64,000 nt of DNA from Candidatus Thorarchaeota archaeon (GTDB taxonomy: Archaea > Asgardarchaeota > Thorarchaeia > Thorarchaeales > Thorarchaeaceae): the NCBI GenBank assembly GCA_048882045.1, contig JBHLRZ010000003.1:64001-128000 (forward strand). Direction: 5' to 3'. This document shows, one piece after another, positions 19,312 to 28,775 of the stretch; position 1 is the first letter of the stretch; the number at the start of each line of letters is the position of its first letter. The position numbers were made by a program, and so were the translations under genes. The notes under the pieces are model-generated. The model worked only from the letters and a program-made list of their open reading frames with translations, had not been told where the DNA came from and ran no database searches.

Positions 19312-20793
19312 TTACTCTTCAATAGCTACCTCTTCAGCAATCTCAGGAGATGCTTGTGATGCAGCTCCATTGCCCCAGGTTTCCTCTTCAAGGACAGGAC
19401 GCTCTTGGTGGAGACCGTTCCTTATCAGAAAAACTCCACCCAATGATACTAGACCACATAGGGCAAGGGTCAGGGGAAAGCCGATGACAGGGATAGCTAC
19501 AATCCAACCGAATAGTGCAATCTGAGGAATTGCGAACAAGGTGGCAATTGTTGGAGATAGTGAATACATCGAATTCCTGATACGATTCGGAATGACATCG
19601 AGTAACACACGCTGCGTCAAAATCTCTGCGAACCCTCCAAAGAAACTCGTTGCCACAAAGGTGGAGAAGATGATAATTATCGGGAGTAAGTTCTCAATAG
19701 GTAGTGTCAGAATAGCAATTTCTGTGAAGGGCCAATAGACCACAAGGGTGTTTCCATCAGGGGGTGCCGGTGGAAGAATCCACATTATCAGTGCAAAGAC
19801 CCAGAAGAACACAAATCCACAGGTCTGAAGCAAGCGAAACCGTGGAATCCACTTCTTTGGCTCAAATCGACGACTCCACACTCCAGATCGTTCCTGTGCT
19901 ATAACTCCGGGCAGAAATAGTGTTGTTCTGAAACTTGCTACTGCAACATCTGTTATTAGGTAGAGGAAATACATTGGGAACAGAATTAGATTGCCCCAGA
20001 CCAAGATGCTGCTTGTGGCGAGCATTCCACCGACAACGATATTCCTTACAAATCTGTGCTTGAATAGGAAACTCACTCCACCCTTCAATATGGATACGTA
20101 CTCACTCATCTCAGGACGCCCGGTACGCTGCTCCTCGACTTCTGGAAAGTCCCTGACTAACCTGAATACGAGTATTGCAAGAAACAGTGCGAGAATGGCC
20201 TGCAATTGAAACACCCATGGTCTTGAGAATACCACTGCTAAGATCCCGCCAGGAATCAGACTGGCTGTCGCAAAGATCTGCATCATCATTCCCATTCGAC
20301 CCCAGAAGACACCATACTGCTTGCGGTCAGTGTCGCCCGGCATAGCAACGCGATAATTGTTGTCGAACCATGCTCCCCAGGCTCCACTCTGCTGAGACTG
20401 CGCAAAGCCCTGAATGGCATAGACAGCCATGAGATAGAAGAATGGAGTTTCTGTTGTGACAAAAGAAACCATGAAGAAAGAAATGGCATAGGAAACAGAG
20501 GCAGATGCCACGATGTATCTCTGTCCAATCCAATCACCGACTGCCCCTGTCGGATAGTCCAAAAGAATCTGGACCACCATCTGGACCACGACAAGGGTGC
20601 CTACAAGACCCATCCCTTGAAGGTACATTCCTGGTCCACCTCCCAATGCCTCAGCAACAAAGATGACATAGAAAGTGGTCGATAGCACAAAGGTAACATT
20701 AGCCAGCGGTCCGAGCATCGCCATTATAGTTGCCAGACGGAGAACCTTTTCATTGGCGTCTGGCAGACCAAGAAAGGCTTTCATTCTACTCAT
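19312..20793 (-). CDS. MFS transporter
   Basis: About 12 TM segments, DYPTGAVGDWIGQR (MFS motif A variant), IPNRIRNS. Confidence 0.88.
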   Translation of the reverse strand: MSRMKAFLGLPDANEKVLRLATIMAMLGPLANVTFVLSTTFYVIFVAEALGGGPGMYLQGMGLVGTLVVVQMVVQILLDYPTGAVGDWIGQRYIVASASVSYAISFFMVSFVTTETPFFYLMAVYAIQGFAQSQQSGAWGAWFDNNYRVAMPGDTDRKQYGVFWGRMGMMMQIFATASLIPGGILAVVFSRPWVFQLQAILALFLAILVFRLVRDFPEVEEQRTGRPEMSEYVSILKGGVSFLFKHRFVRNIVVGGMLATSSILVWGNLILFPMYFLYLITDVAVASFRTTLFLPGVIAQERSGVWSRRFEPKKWIPRFRLLQTCGFVFFWVFALIMWILPPAPPDGNTLVVYWPFTEIAILTLPIENLLPIIIIFSTFVATSFFGGFAEILTQRVLLDVIPNRIRNSMYSLSPTIATLFAIPQIALFGWIVAIPVIGFPLTLALCGLVSLGGVFLIRNGLHQERPVLEEETWGNGAASQASPEIAEEVAIEE

Positions 20794-20841
20794 TTGCGTT
20801 TCCTCACTTTATTGGGGCGTGAAGCGTTTTGGGAATTGATT

Positions 20842-20877
20842 GCAGTGACCCCCGGATCACACATCGAGGGCCACTGC
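20842..20877 (-). promoter_or_regulatory. 13-bp RNA hairpin upstream of the MFS gene
   Basis: Minus strand GCAGTGGCCCTCG-ATGTGTGATC-CGGGGGTCACTGC, including two G-U pairs. Confidence 0.55.
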
Positions 20878-20926
20878 GGAGATAGGAGATTTGTCCGGTT
20901 AACTTTGATATGAAAGCATCAATGTT

Positions 20927-21046
20927 CTATCGTGGCAATGTGGTCCCTGCGTTGCAGAGCGCTCCGAATGACTGGACCATTACAGACCTGTTCTCAACTG
21001 TCAAGCAGGGCTTGTTCGTTGCAGGTGTTGATAAAGCAGTCATCAT
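20927..21046 (-). CDS. Micro-ORF C, 39 aa (MMTALSTPATNKPCLTVENRSVMVQSFGALCNAGTTLPR)
   Basis: Manual translation; preceded by GGTGAAACA like micro-ORFs A and B; ALS near the N-terminus and S..AL..A near the C-terminus. Confidence 0.5.
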   Translation of the reverse strand: MMTALSTPATNKPCLTVENRSVMVQSFGALCNAGTTLPR

Positions 21047-21199
21047 TGTTTCACCACACTTCCATTTTTTGGTTTGTAGAACACACCATTATATCATTTT
21101 GGTTTCATATAAACATTTACAACAGCGTAATAATTTGTCGAATGTACTATTTTGCTTGTAATTCGGACCAATTACATTGCCCAAGTACATTGAACAAGA

Positions 21200-21304
21200 T
21201 TACCTCCTGTAGATGTATGCATGAGTCAGCGCATCTGTACGCGGGAAGTCGTGGATACGCTTGATTCTTAGAGCAGACCAGTTGTTGTTCTTTGATAGAG
21301 CCAT
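21200..21304 (-). CDS. Micro-ORF B, 34 aa (MALSKNNNWSALRIKRIHDFPRTDALTHAYIYRR)
   Basis: Manual translation; paralogous to micro-ORF A; upstream TTGTGAAACAT. Confidence 0.8.
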   Translation of the reverse strand: MALSKNNNWSALRIKRIHDFPRTDALTHAYIYRR

Positions 21305-21328
21305 AATGTTTCACAACCTTCTATAGGT

Positions 21329-21389
21329 TGGTCACATGATATGCTGTTTCTGAGACAAACTGACCATTTCTGTGACCACTTGGTGACCA
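21329..21389. repeat. TGACCA direct repeats (x3) plus one inverted copy
   Basis: TGACCA at 21361, 21373 and 21384; TGGTCA at 21329. Confidence 0.5.
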
Positions 21390-21454
21390 GTCCTCGATCA
21401 CTCCAGGAGTGGCAGAGAGCCAGTTTATCAGTCGTTCAGTCTTATGCATTCTAT

Positions 21455-21556
21455 TCACCTACGGTACTGATAGGCATATGTGAGGGCTTCAGTCGAGACC
21501 TTAACCTTCTCGTTCTTCAGTACAGATGTGTTTCGTGAGTTCTTACTTAGAGCCAT
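21455..21556 (-). CDS. Micro-ORF A, 33 aa (MALSKNSRNTSVLKNEKVKVSTEALTYAYQYRR)
   Basis: Manual translation; paralogous to micro-ORF B; upstream TTGTGAAACAT and a TATATATA box at about 21589-21596. Confidence 0.8.
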   Translation of the reverse strand: MALSKNSRNTSVLKNEKVKVSTEALTYAYQYRR

Positions 21557-21706
21557 GATGTTTCACAAGAAATACTGTCCATTTTTACTATATATAGCGG
21601 AGCCACTTGTCAGGGTCACAGAAGGGAGTCACATATTGTTACTACTCCATGTCGACATAGACAAGCATATCAAGGGTAGGCAGGGTGCCAAAAAGCGTGA
21701 TTAGAC

Positions 21707-22333
21707 ATGTCTGATGGCGATTCCACTCAGCAACTGATAGAACACTTTTCAGCTTTTACAGAGCAGGAACTAGTGAGGAAGTTTGGTGAGAGAGGGATGC
21801 CCATGTTCAGGCTGTTTCAACGACAGTTCAAGATTCACTACAACAACTATGAGCATATGCTACCAAACCAACTAGCAAAGAAACACGGGATGAACTCGTT
21901 GTTTGTTATGGCCATGGACGATGTCATGTGTGAGGTAAGGGCCTCCTTCTCAGAGCTCAAGGAAACAGTCGTATCGATCTATATAGCAATGATGAGGGAC
22001 TATTTCTCAACAGAATCGGAAAAACTCAAACAGAGTGAGGACCCGTGGACGGCTTTCGTTGACTGGGCTCGGAAAGGAAACGAAGCCAACTACATTAATG
22101 ACTACTTTCAACTCAAGGAAGTAGACCAAGAAACTGGATGTTATGGATTTGACATTAACAGATGTCTATATTTTGACATTCTGAAGGAGGCTGGGAAACC
22201 TGAGTTAGGACCTATCCTCTGTGAATACGATCAAATCTTCATGGACTACGTAGGGGACTGGATTAATTTTACTCGTCGTGAAACCATCGCCACAGGTGAC
22301 TCTCGGTGCAATTTTAGGTATTGTAAGGTTTAG
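21707..22333 (+). CDS. L-2-amino-thiazoline-4-carboxylic acid hydrolase-like family protein
   Basis: FDINRCLY..G.PELGPILCEYD...RRETIATGDSRCNFRY Cys pattern typical of this family. Confidence 0.75.
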   Translation: MSDGDSTQQLIEHFSAFTEQELVRKFGERGMPMFRLFQRQFKIHYNNYEHMLPNQLAKKHGMNSLFVMAMDDVMCEVRASFSELKETVVSIYIAMMRDYFSTESEKLKQSEDPWTAFVDWARKGNEANYINDYFQLKEVDQETGCYGFDINRCLYFDILKEAGKPELGPILCEYDQIFMDYVGDWINFTRRETIATGDSRCNFRYCKV

Positions 22334-22340
22334 AGACCAA

Positions 22341-23996
22341 TTACCTTCTTCGTTTCAACATAAAGGCTGCGAGTACCACAAACAATATTGTGACAGGTAT
22401 TCCAACCACGATCAATGTTGGGTCGAAAGTTGCTGAAGTTGTGGGAGTAGGGGGAGGACCAGTACCTGACAATGTCTGTACGAAGACATTCATCTCTGCT
22501 GTATCCATGGTTGCTCGATACCCTGCATCTACCAGGACTTGTCTAGACCTATTCAGATAGTTATGGAATGATTCATCCATTGGAGTTGCTCCAAAGAACT
22601 GGTCACTCAATGGAGCATAATCAGGATCTAGCGAGGAACACTCATCGTATCCTAAATATTCTGCAGTCGGAACGAGGATGTTCTTTGATGCCCAATAGTC
22701 CAAAGCTACTGGATCTTGACTCATTCCTATTATGTCTGTAAAACTTGCTGTGGTGTAGTAAGACCAAGGACCGCGTGTTGATGAGCTTTCCAGCGGATTA
22801 GCATTGACCCAAATCATGTCAAGGATGTTGACTATGGGCATTCGCGTTTCGACCATGAGAGTTGCCATACCTCCCAAGGCAATGGAGAAGTGTTCGTGAG
22901 GAATAAAACGATCGACAGACGGGACAATGTAGCCCTGCGGCACACCCATGTAATGTTTGATGCAGCCTGATACACCATAGCGGAAATGGGTCTTTAGCAC
23001 AGGCATGTTGATGACTTTGAGTCGGTTGGAATCAAATCCTGATTCATTAGTCCAGATTCCGTTCTTGAAGCTCACATAGAGACCTGAATCGGTCACGAAT
23101 TTGGCGTAGGAAGGATAGATCTCTGTGTCACTGTCCCACACACTGCTTCTTACATATCCTTCATTGAAATCGCCTGAATCATAGTCTTCGACAGTAGAGG
23201 AACGATAGTCGTCCCAGAGGATAGTTGACACTGTATGACCTGGGAACATCTGAGCGACATCCTCCATTGCTTGACTGGTATTGAATGCATTTGACTCGGA
23301 TCTATCCAGGCTCCCTAGATCCTGTCCATTGTCTGCAATTATTATCTCGCCAGTGAACCCTTCGGGATGGGATGTTATGATTTCTATGACCGCTTTTAAT
23401 AGGTCAGTATTTGTGCCACCCCTGTAAGCCCATTGACCATTGACTTTGAGAAGAACTACATCATCAGCCTCTATAAGACCATCAGGAGTCGATGTAGTAT
23501 TGTAGAAATACAACTCTTCACTTTCCATCATATCGAGGAGTGTGGAGATAGCAAGAGAAACATTACCTTCTGCTCCAGTGACATTCTGAACCAGGAAGAT
23601 GTCTGATGCTTCTTCGCTTGTTGCAACATTCTCTTCCAAATCAATGGGGATCCAGTCATAGTCTACATTGTCTTGTGCTAGTGTGAAACCGAGTGCCTGC
23701 ATTCCTGTGTCGCTAGTGACGAAAACAGAACCCACGAAAAGAACTGCAAGGATGCCTACCGGTTTTAATGGACTTAATGTTGAACGTATAGAGGCGAGGG
23801 AAGGAACTGACGCTAGAAATGCAATTTTAAAGACCTCAATATTGGTCAAAGCGGCCTGCTGACAAGGATAGTAGATCCTCGATGGTTTCTTACCAGTTCG
23901 GAAGAGGAACCAGATTGCACTTCCAATAGCCAAAAGACCAAGCACCCAGAGTCGTCTCTTTGATTTGCAAGATTTTGTGGATCCATTATGAGGCAT
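22341..23996 (-). CDS. DUF362-domain membrane-anchored protein
   Basis: N-terminal TM plus KPSRIYYPCQQAA; VLLKVN, INMPVLKTH..GVSGCIKHYMG, DPVALD; C-terminal Pro/Thr linker plus TM. Confidence 0.8.
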   Translation of the reverse strand: MPHNGSTKSCKSKRRLWVLGLLAIGSAIWFLFRTGKKPSRIYYPCQQAALTNIEVFKIAFLASVPSLASIRSTLSPLKPVGILAVLFVGSVFVTSDTGMQALGFTLAQDNVDYDWIPIDLEENVATSEEASDIFLVQNVTGAEGNVSLAISTLLDMMESEELYFYNTTSTPDGLIEADDVVLLKVNGQWAYRGGTNTDLLKAVIEIITSHPEGFTGEIIIADNGQDLGSLDRSESNAFNTSQAMEDVAQMFPGHTVSTILWDDYRSSTVEDYDSGDFNEGYVRSSVWDSDTEIYPSYAKFVTDSGLYVSFKNGIWTNESGFDSNRLKVINMPVLKTHFRYGVSGCIKHYMGVPQGYIVPSVDRFIPHEHFSIALGGMATLMVETRMPIVNILDMIWVNANPLESSSTRGPWSYYTTASFTDIIGMSQDPVALDYWASKNILVPTAEYLGYDECSSLDPDYAPLSDQFFGATPMDESFHNYLNRSRQVLVDAGYRATMDTAEMNVFVQTLSGTGPPPTPTTSATFDPTLIVVGIPVTILFVVLAAFMLKRRR

Positions 23997-24129
23997 TGAT
24001 TTGCAACTCCACAGCGCGCCAGAAGTACAAAATGTAACTAATAATAATGATGCTCTCAGCACAAGATTGGACAGTCAGACATATTTAGTAGCTAACAAGA
24101 GCCCAGGGTAGATTAAATCAAATCAGAGG

Positions 24130-25020
24130 ATGTATACAATGGAGATCAAGAAAATTGCAGTATTAGGTGCAGGTCTCATGGGAAATGGGATCGCCCATGT
24201 CTGTGCACAAGCTGGATATGACGTGATGATGCGTGACATTGACCAGAAGTTCATTGACAACGGGATGGCAACCATCAAGAAGAACCTTGAACGCAGCGTC
24301 AAGAAAGAGAGGATAAATCAGGATGAAATGGACGCTATTGTTGGCCGAATCACCGGTGTCCTTGACCTGAAGGAAGCTGTAAAGGATGCCGACCTTGTCA
24401 TCGAAGCTATCCCAGAGATTGTTTCGCTCAAACTGGATACTTGGAAAGAGGTTGACAATTTGGCTCCTGAACACACAATCCTGGCATCAAACACCTCAAG
24501 CATCAGCATAACTCAGATGGCGGCTGTGACCAAAAGACCAGAGAAGTTCATAGGTATGCACTTCTTCAACCCAGTGCCAGTGATGGGTCTGGTTGAGATT
24601 ATCAGAGGGCAAGCCACTGATGAAGAAACAGTTAAAGTCATTGTGGAAGTATCGAATAAAGTTGGAAAGGAAACTGTGCTGGTAAATGAGGCTCCAGGTT
24701 TTGCTGTGAATCGCATTCTTGTTCCAGCCTTGCTAGAGGCCGTGTTCGCAATTCAGGAAGGAGTGGCTACAGTGGAGGATATGGATACGTCGATTCGACT
24801 CGGATTGAATTGGCCAATGGGTCCTCTGACACTCCTAGATTTCGTGGGGCTTGATACAGCTCTACACATATCGGATTATTTCGTTGATGAGTTCAAAGAC
24901 AGCAAGTATAGAGCACCTACGCTGCTGAGGAAGATGGTTCGTGCAGGTTGGCTTGGAAGAAAATCTGGTATGGGATTCTACGACTACTCAGGTGAGAAAC
25001 CAAAACCAAACAGGTTCTGA
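24130..25020 (+). CDS. hbd: 3-hydroxybutyryl/3-hydroxyacyl-CoA dehydrogenase
   Basis: GAGLMGNGIA, ASNTSS, GMHFFNPVP, PMGPL..LDFVGLD, LGRKSG.GFY. Confidence 0.93.
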   Translation: MYTMEIKKIAVLGAGLMGNGIAHVCAQAGYDVMMRDIDQKFIDNGMATIKKNLERSVKKERINQDEMDAIVGRITGVLDLKEAVKDADLVIEAIPEIVSLKLDTWKEVDNLAPEHTILASNTSSISITQMAAVTKRPEKFIGMHFFNPVPVMGLVEIIRGQATDEETVKVIVEVSNKVGKETVLVNEAPGFAVNRILVPALLEAVFAIQEGVATVEDMDTSIRLGLNWPMGPLTLLDFVGLDTALHISDYFVDEFKDSKYRAPTLLRKMVRAGWLGRKSGMGFYDYSGEKPKPNRF

Positions 25021-25105
25021 TTCTAATGTATGACTGGCCTAAACAGGTCAGGCATCCACATGTTTTCACACGAAGATAAATAGCGGTAGGGTATGAAGCC
25101 ATGTT

Positions 25106-25957
25106 GTGGTCCTGTTGAAGTATGAAGAAAGTAAGTACATAGGTTTTGATGGTACGCGGATGTTCATGGCTGTCTATCGTCCTGATGATGACAAACCACG
25201 GGCACTCATGATCCTACTTCATGGACTTGGTAGTCACGCTGGAGATTTCGCAGAAATGGGAGAATTCCTAGCAGAGAGAGGAATTGCAGCATTCATTCCG
25301 GATCAACGGGGATTCGGACATTATTCCGGATTGAAAGGACATGTGATGAGTTTTGACGAATACATTGAAGACATTGAAAATCTTGTGATGCAGGTCAAGG
25401 ACCGATATCTGAACAAGATAACCTACCTGTTTGGATCGTCAATGGGTGCGATCAACGCGATTCGATATGTTATCAGATATCCTAGGACAGTAGATGGTCT
25501 GTTGCTCCAATGTCCAGGTGTCAGTCATAAGCAACAAGTCAGAATTGGCTTACTCACAGCTGCGAGATTCCTATCAATCTTGAATGTGAAGCGATACTTC
25601 GAGCTGAACCCAGACTATTCTGAAATGAGTCGCAATCCAGAAGCAATAGAACGTCATGAAAAGGACCCACTGAGATTTGAGAGAGTAACAGCTCGGTTTA
25701 GCAGCGAAGTGCTCTCAGCCTCAAAGGACGCTTTTTACTCTGCTTCACGAATTATACTTCCAGTACTCATACAACAGTCTGGTGAGGACAAAGCTGTGAG
25801 TTCAGAGAAGAACAAGGAGTTCTTTGAGAACATAGCATCAGCTGACAAAACTTGGAAACTCTATGATGGACTCTATCATGAGATTCACGAGGAACCAGAG
25901 AGAGAACGTGTCCTTTCAGACCTCTATGATTGGGTCAATAAACGACTTCCTTCCTAG
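25106..25957 (+). CDS. Alpha/beta hydrolase (lysophospholipase / monoglyceride lipase-like)
   Basis: HGLGSH, DQRGFG, GSSMG nucleophile elbow, YHEIH.E. Confidence 0.88.
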   Translation: MVLLKYEESKYIGFDGTRMFMAVYRPDDDKPRALMILLHGLGSHAGDFAEMGEFLAERGIAAFIPDQRGFGHYSGLKGHVMSFDEYIEDIENLVMQVKDRYLNKITYLFGSSMGAINAIRYVIRYPRTVDGLLLQCPGVSHKQQVRIGLLTAARFLSILNVKRYFELNPDYSEMSRNPEAIERHEKDPLRFERVTARFSSEVLSASKDAFYSASRIILPVLIQQSGEDKAVSSEKNKEFFENIASADKTWKLYDGLYHEIHEEPERERVLSDLYDWVNKRLPS

Positions 25958-28775
25958 CATCCGCTTCATTCTGTTCCTTTCGATGATGACCGAAGATTAT
26001 ATGCGGCGGAATGAGCAGAGCCGGGATACAAGTAAGGAGAATCACAACCCAGTCGAGTGCATTAAGGGGCATAGTCTCAAACAGAGTCATTATTGGCGGG
26101 AAGTAAATCGTCAGTAGAGTGAGAGCAATAGAGAGCACAACAGCACCCATCAAGACCTTTGAGCCTCGGACCTCGGTCTTCCAGACTGGATGATATTCAT
26201 CCCTGCAGTTCCATACGAACAACAGTTCGAAACAGACAACACTGGCAAAGACTGCTGTCCTACCATGAGCCAGAACATTTTGCCAGCTCCAGCTGGTGAC
26301 CGGGGAAATGTCAGTTTGCCAATCAACAAGAGGTCCATTAATACCAGGAATCCATCCTCCATAAACCTGCAGGGACCACATGAACATGATTAGTGATGAC
26401 AGGAATGCAATGAATCCAGCAATAATGATGAATGTCGCCATTCCACGGTCCATCATTTTAGCACCTGGTTTACGAGGTGGTCTGTCCATCACTCCTGTTT
26501 CAGGTGGGTCGACACCCAGCGCTAAAGCTGGGAATCCGTCAGTTGCTAGGTTAAGCCAGAGAATCTGTATAGCTGTGATTGGGAGTGGGAGTCCAAGCAT
26601 GATTACTGTGAAGATGAGAAACACCTCATCGAAGTTCGCTGCAAGCAGAAATCGAACGAACTTTCTGATGTTCGAATAGATCTCTCTACCCTTCTCCACT
26701 GCTGACACAATCGTCGCAAAGTTATCATCCGTGAGTATGACGTCAGAGGCTTCCTTCGTGACATCTGCTCCCCTGATACCCATCGAGATACCTACATCAG
26801 CCGTTTTTATCGCAGGAGCATCGTTCACACCGTCACCAGTCATGGCCAGTACTTCGTTGTTAGCCCTAAGAGCAGTGACAATCTGGAGTTTGTGTTCTGG
26901 TGCAACACGAGCGAATACATTACATCGCATTACTGCTTCATTGTACTCTTCAGGAGAGAGATTGTCCAGGTCTGCGCCACTAAGCACCTCTCCCTCTGTG
27001 TCGATGAGACCAACATCAACAGCGACAGCTCGTGCGGTCAGCTGGTGGTCTCCAGTGATCATGATGGGGCGAATCCCAGCCATCCTGCAAATACGCATTG
27101 CATCGCGAACTTCGTCTCTTGGAGGATCAATCATTCCCACCAGACCCACAAAAATTAGATTCTTCTCAACTTGCTCAGGTTCCCAACCGGGTATTTCTCC
27201 ATCAAGAGGACGATAGGCAAAAGCGAGAACTCTGAGTGCATTCTCTGCAAAACCTGCATTTATTTCAACAATGGATTCTCGCTCCTTATCCGAAAGTACC
27301 CGGACTTCTTTCCCTTCATAGATATGGGTACAGAGTGGCAAGAGCACCTCAGGAGCCCCCTTTGAACAAGCAGTCAATTCGCCCGATTTGTCCTGAACAA
27401 TTGAAGTCATCCGTTTTCTTGCTGAATCAAACGAGATTTCTGTTACTTCGTGAAACTTGTCCAGAGTTGCATCATGCGACTTGCAGGCTTTCTCTGCAAG
27501 GACAAGTATAGCCCCCTCTGTCGGGTCCCCTACAACACTGAAGTCAGCTTTTCCAGAAACATCCGGTTGTAGGACTGAATTGCTACACAGCTGACCAATC
27601 TCAAGGAGTTTGTCAACATGAGGGTCTGTCAGTGGATCTAACGCCTCACTTGCACGCGTGAACCGACCAGCTCTATTGTAACCAACACCCCCAACCGAAA
27701 CCGTCATTCCATTGACAAACATGGTTGTAGCGGTCATCTCATTTTTCGTAATTGTTCCAGTTTTATCTGAGCAGATTATTGTAGTTGAGCCAAGTGTTTC
27801 AACAGAAGGAAGTCTTCTCACAATGGCATTACGTTGGACCATTCGTTGAACACCAATTGCTAAGGTGATTGTGACGACTGCTGGAAGACCTTCAGGGATT
27901 GCTGAAACTGCTAAAGCAATTGCAGCTAAAAGGGCTTCCATTGTACTTGGGGCAGCGTTCTCTATAACTTCAGCGGCAAAAACGATTATACAGAGTGCGA
28001 TAATGAGTAATCCCAATTTCTTACCGAGATCATCTAAGTCCAGTTGAAGCGGAGTCATGGCCTTCTCACTTTCTTGGACCAGTTCAGCAATTCGACCAAA
28101 CTGAGTCTTCATTCCAGTGGAGGTCACTATAGCATTCCCTTTTCCTGCAGTGACAGTGGTTCCTTGGAAGATCATGTTCTTCATGTCACCAACAACAGGA
28201 TTTGGAAGATGAATTGGATCAGTCATCTTACGAACAGCTATCGATTCGCCAGTAAGAGGAGATTCATCGACTGAGAACCCGACTGAATAGATAACTCGAC
28301 CATCCGCAGCGATCCTATCCCCTGTTTCAAAACCAATGAGATCTCCAGGAACAATGTTCTTAGATTCAATAACGGTCCAGAGACCATCCCTCATTACTCT
28401 GGCTTTGGGAGCGGCCATGTCTTTGAGTGCTTCAAGAGCCTGCTCTGACTTGTACTCCTGAACAAAACCAAATATTGCATTAAAGATGACAATTGCGAAA
28501 ATGACAATCGCATCAATGATGCCACTCTCTCCATGAATGGGATCTAGGGCTGCTGTCGCCAATGAGATACCAATGGCTATGATAAGTATGATGACCATTG
28601 GATCTGTGAATTCGCTGAGAAACATTCGTAATGGGCTAATTCCTCCTGTTTCTACAAGCTCATTGGGGCCGTATTTTGAAAGCCTGATTTCAGCCTCGGT
28701 GCTGGAGAGACCCTCCATAGATGACTCTAGCTGTGTCAAGACGTGCTCAGTGTCGTTACTATACCACTCACTCAT
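25935..28775 (-). CDS. P-type II (Ca2+-type) cation-transporting ATPase
   Basis: TGES, PEGLP, DKTGT, KGAPE, DPPR, TGDGVNDAP, LWLNLATDG. Confidence 0.94.
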   Translation of the reverse strand: MSEWYSNDTEHVLTQLESSMEGLSSTEAEIRLSKYGPNELVETGGISPLRMFLSEFTDPMVIILIIAIGISLATAALDPIHGESGIIDAIVIFAIVIFNAIFGFVQEYKSEQALEALKDMAAPKARVMRDGLWTVIESKNIVPGDLIGFETGDRIAADGRVIYSVGFSVDESPLTGESIAVRKMTDPIHLPNPVVGDMKNMIFQGTTVTAGKGNAIVTSTGMKTQFGRIAELVQESEKAMTPLQLDLDDLGKKLGLLIIALCIIVFAAEVIENAAPSTMEALLAAIALAVSAIPEGLPAVVTITLAIGVQRMVQRNAIVRRLPSVETLGSTTIICSDKTGTITKNEMTATTMFVNGMTVSVGGVGYNRAGRFTRASEALDPLTDPHVDKLLEIGQLCSNSVLQPDVSGKADFSVVGDPTEGAILVLAEKACKSHDATLDKFHEVTEISFDSARKRMTSIVQDKSGELTACSKGAPEVLLPLCTHIYEGKEVRVLSDKERESIVEINAGFAENALRVLAFAYRPLDGEIPGWEPEQVEKNLIFVGLVGMIDPPRDEVRDAMRICRMAGIRPIMITGDHQLTARAVAVDVGLIDTEGEVLSGADLDNLSPEEYNEAVMRCNVFARVAPEHKLQIVTALRANNEVLAMTGDGVNDAPAIKTADVGISMGIRGADVTKEASDVILTDDNFATIVSAVEKGREIYSNIRKFVRFLLAANFDEVFLIFTVIMLGLPLPITAIQILWLNLATDGFPALALGVDPPETGVMDRPPRKPGAKMMDRGMATFIIIAGFIAFLSSLIMFMWSLQVYGGWIPGINGPLVDWQTDISPVTSWSWQNVLAHGRTAVFASVVCFELLFVWNCRDEYHPVWKTEVRGSKVLMGAVVLSIALTLLTIYFPPIMTLFETMPLNALDWVVILLTCIPALLIPPHIIFGHHRKEQNEADARKEVVY

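Noticed and set aside
20910-21704. Plus-strand track ORFs 20910-21161, 20932-21264, 21341-21538 and 21480-21704
   Set aside because: No recognisable motifs and mutually overlapping. They are antisense shadows of the better supported minus-strand micro-ORFs.
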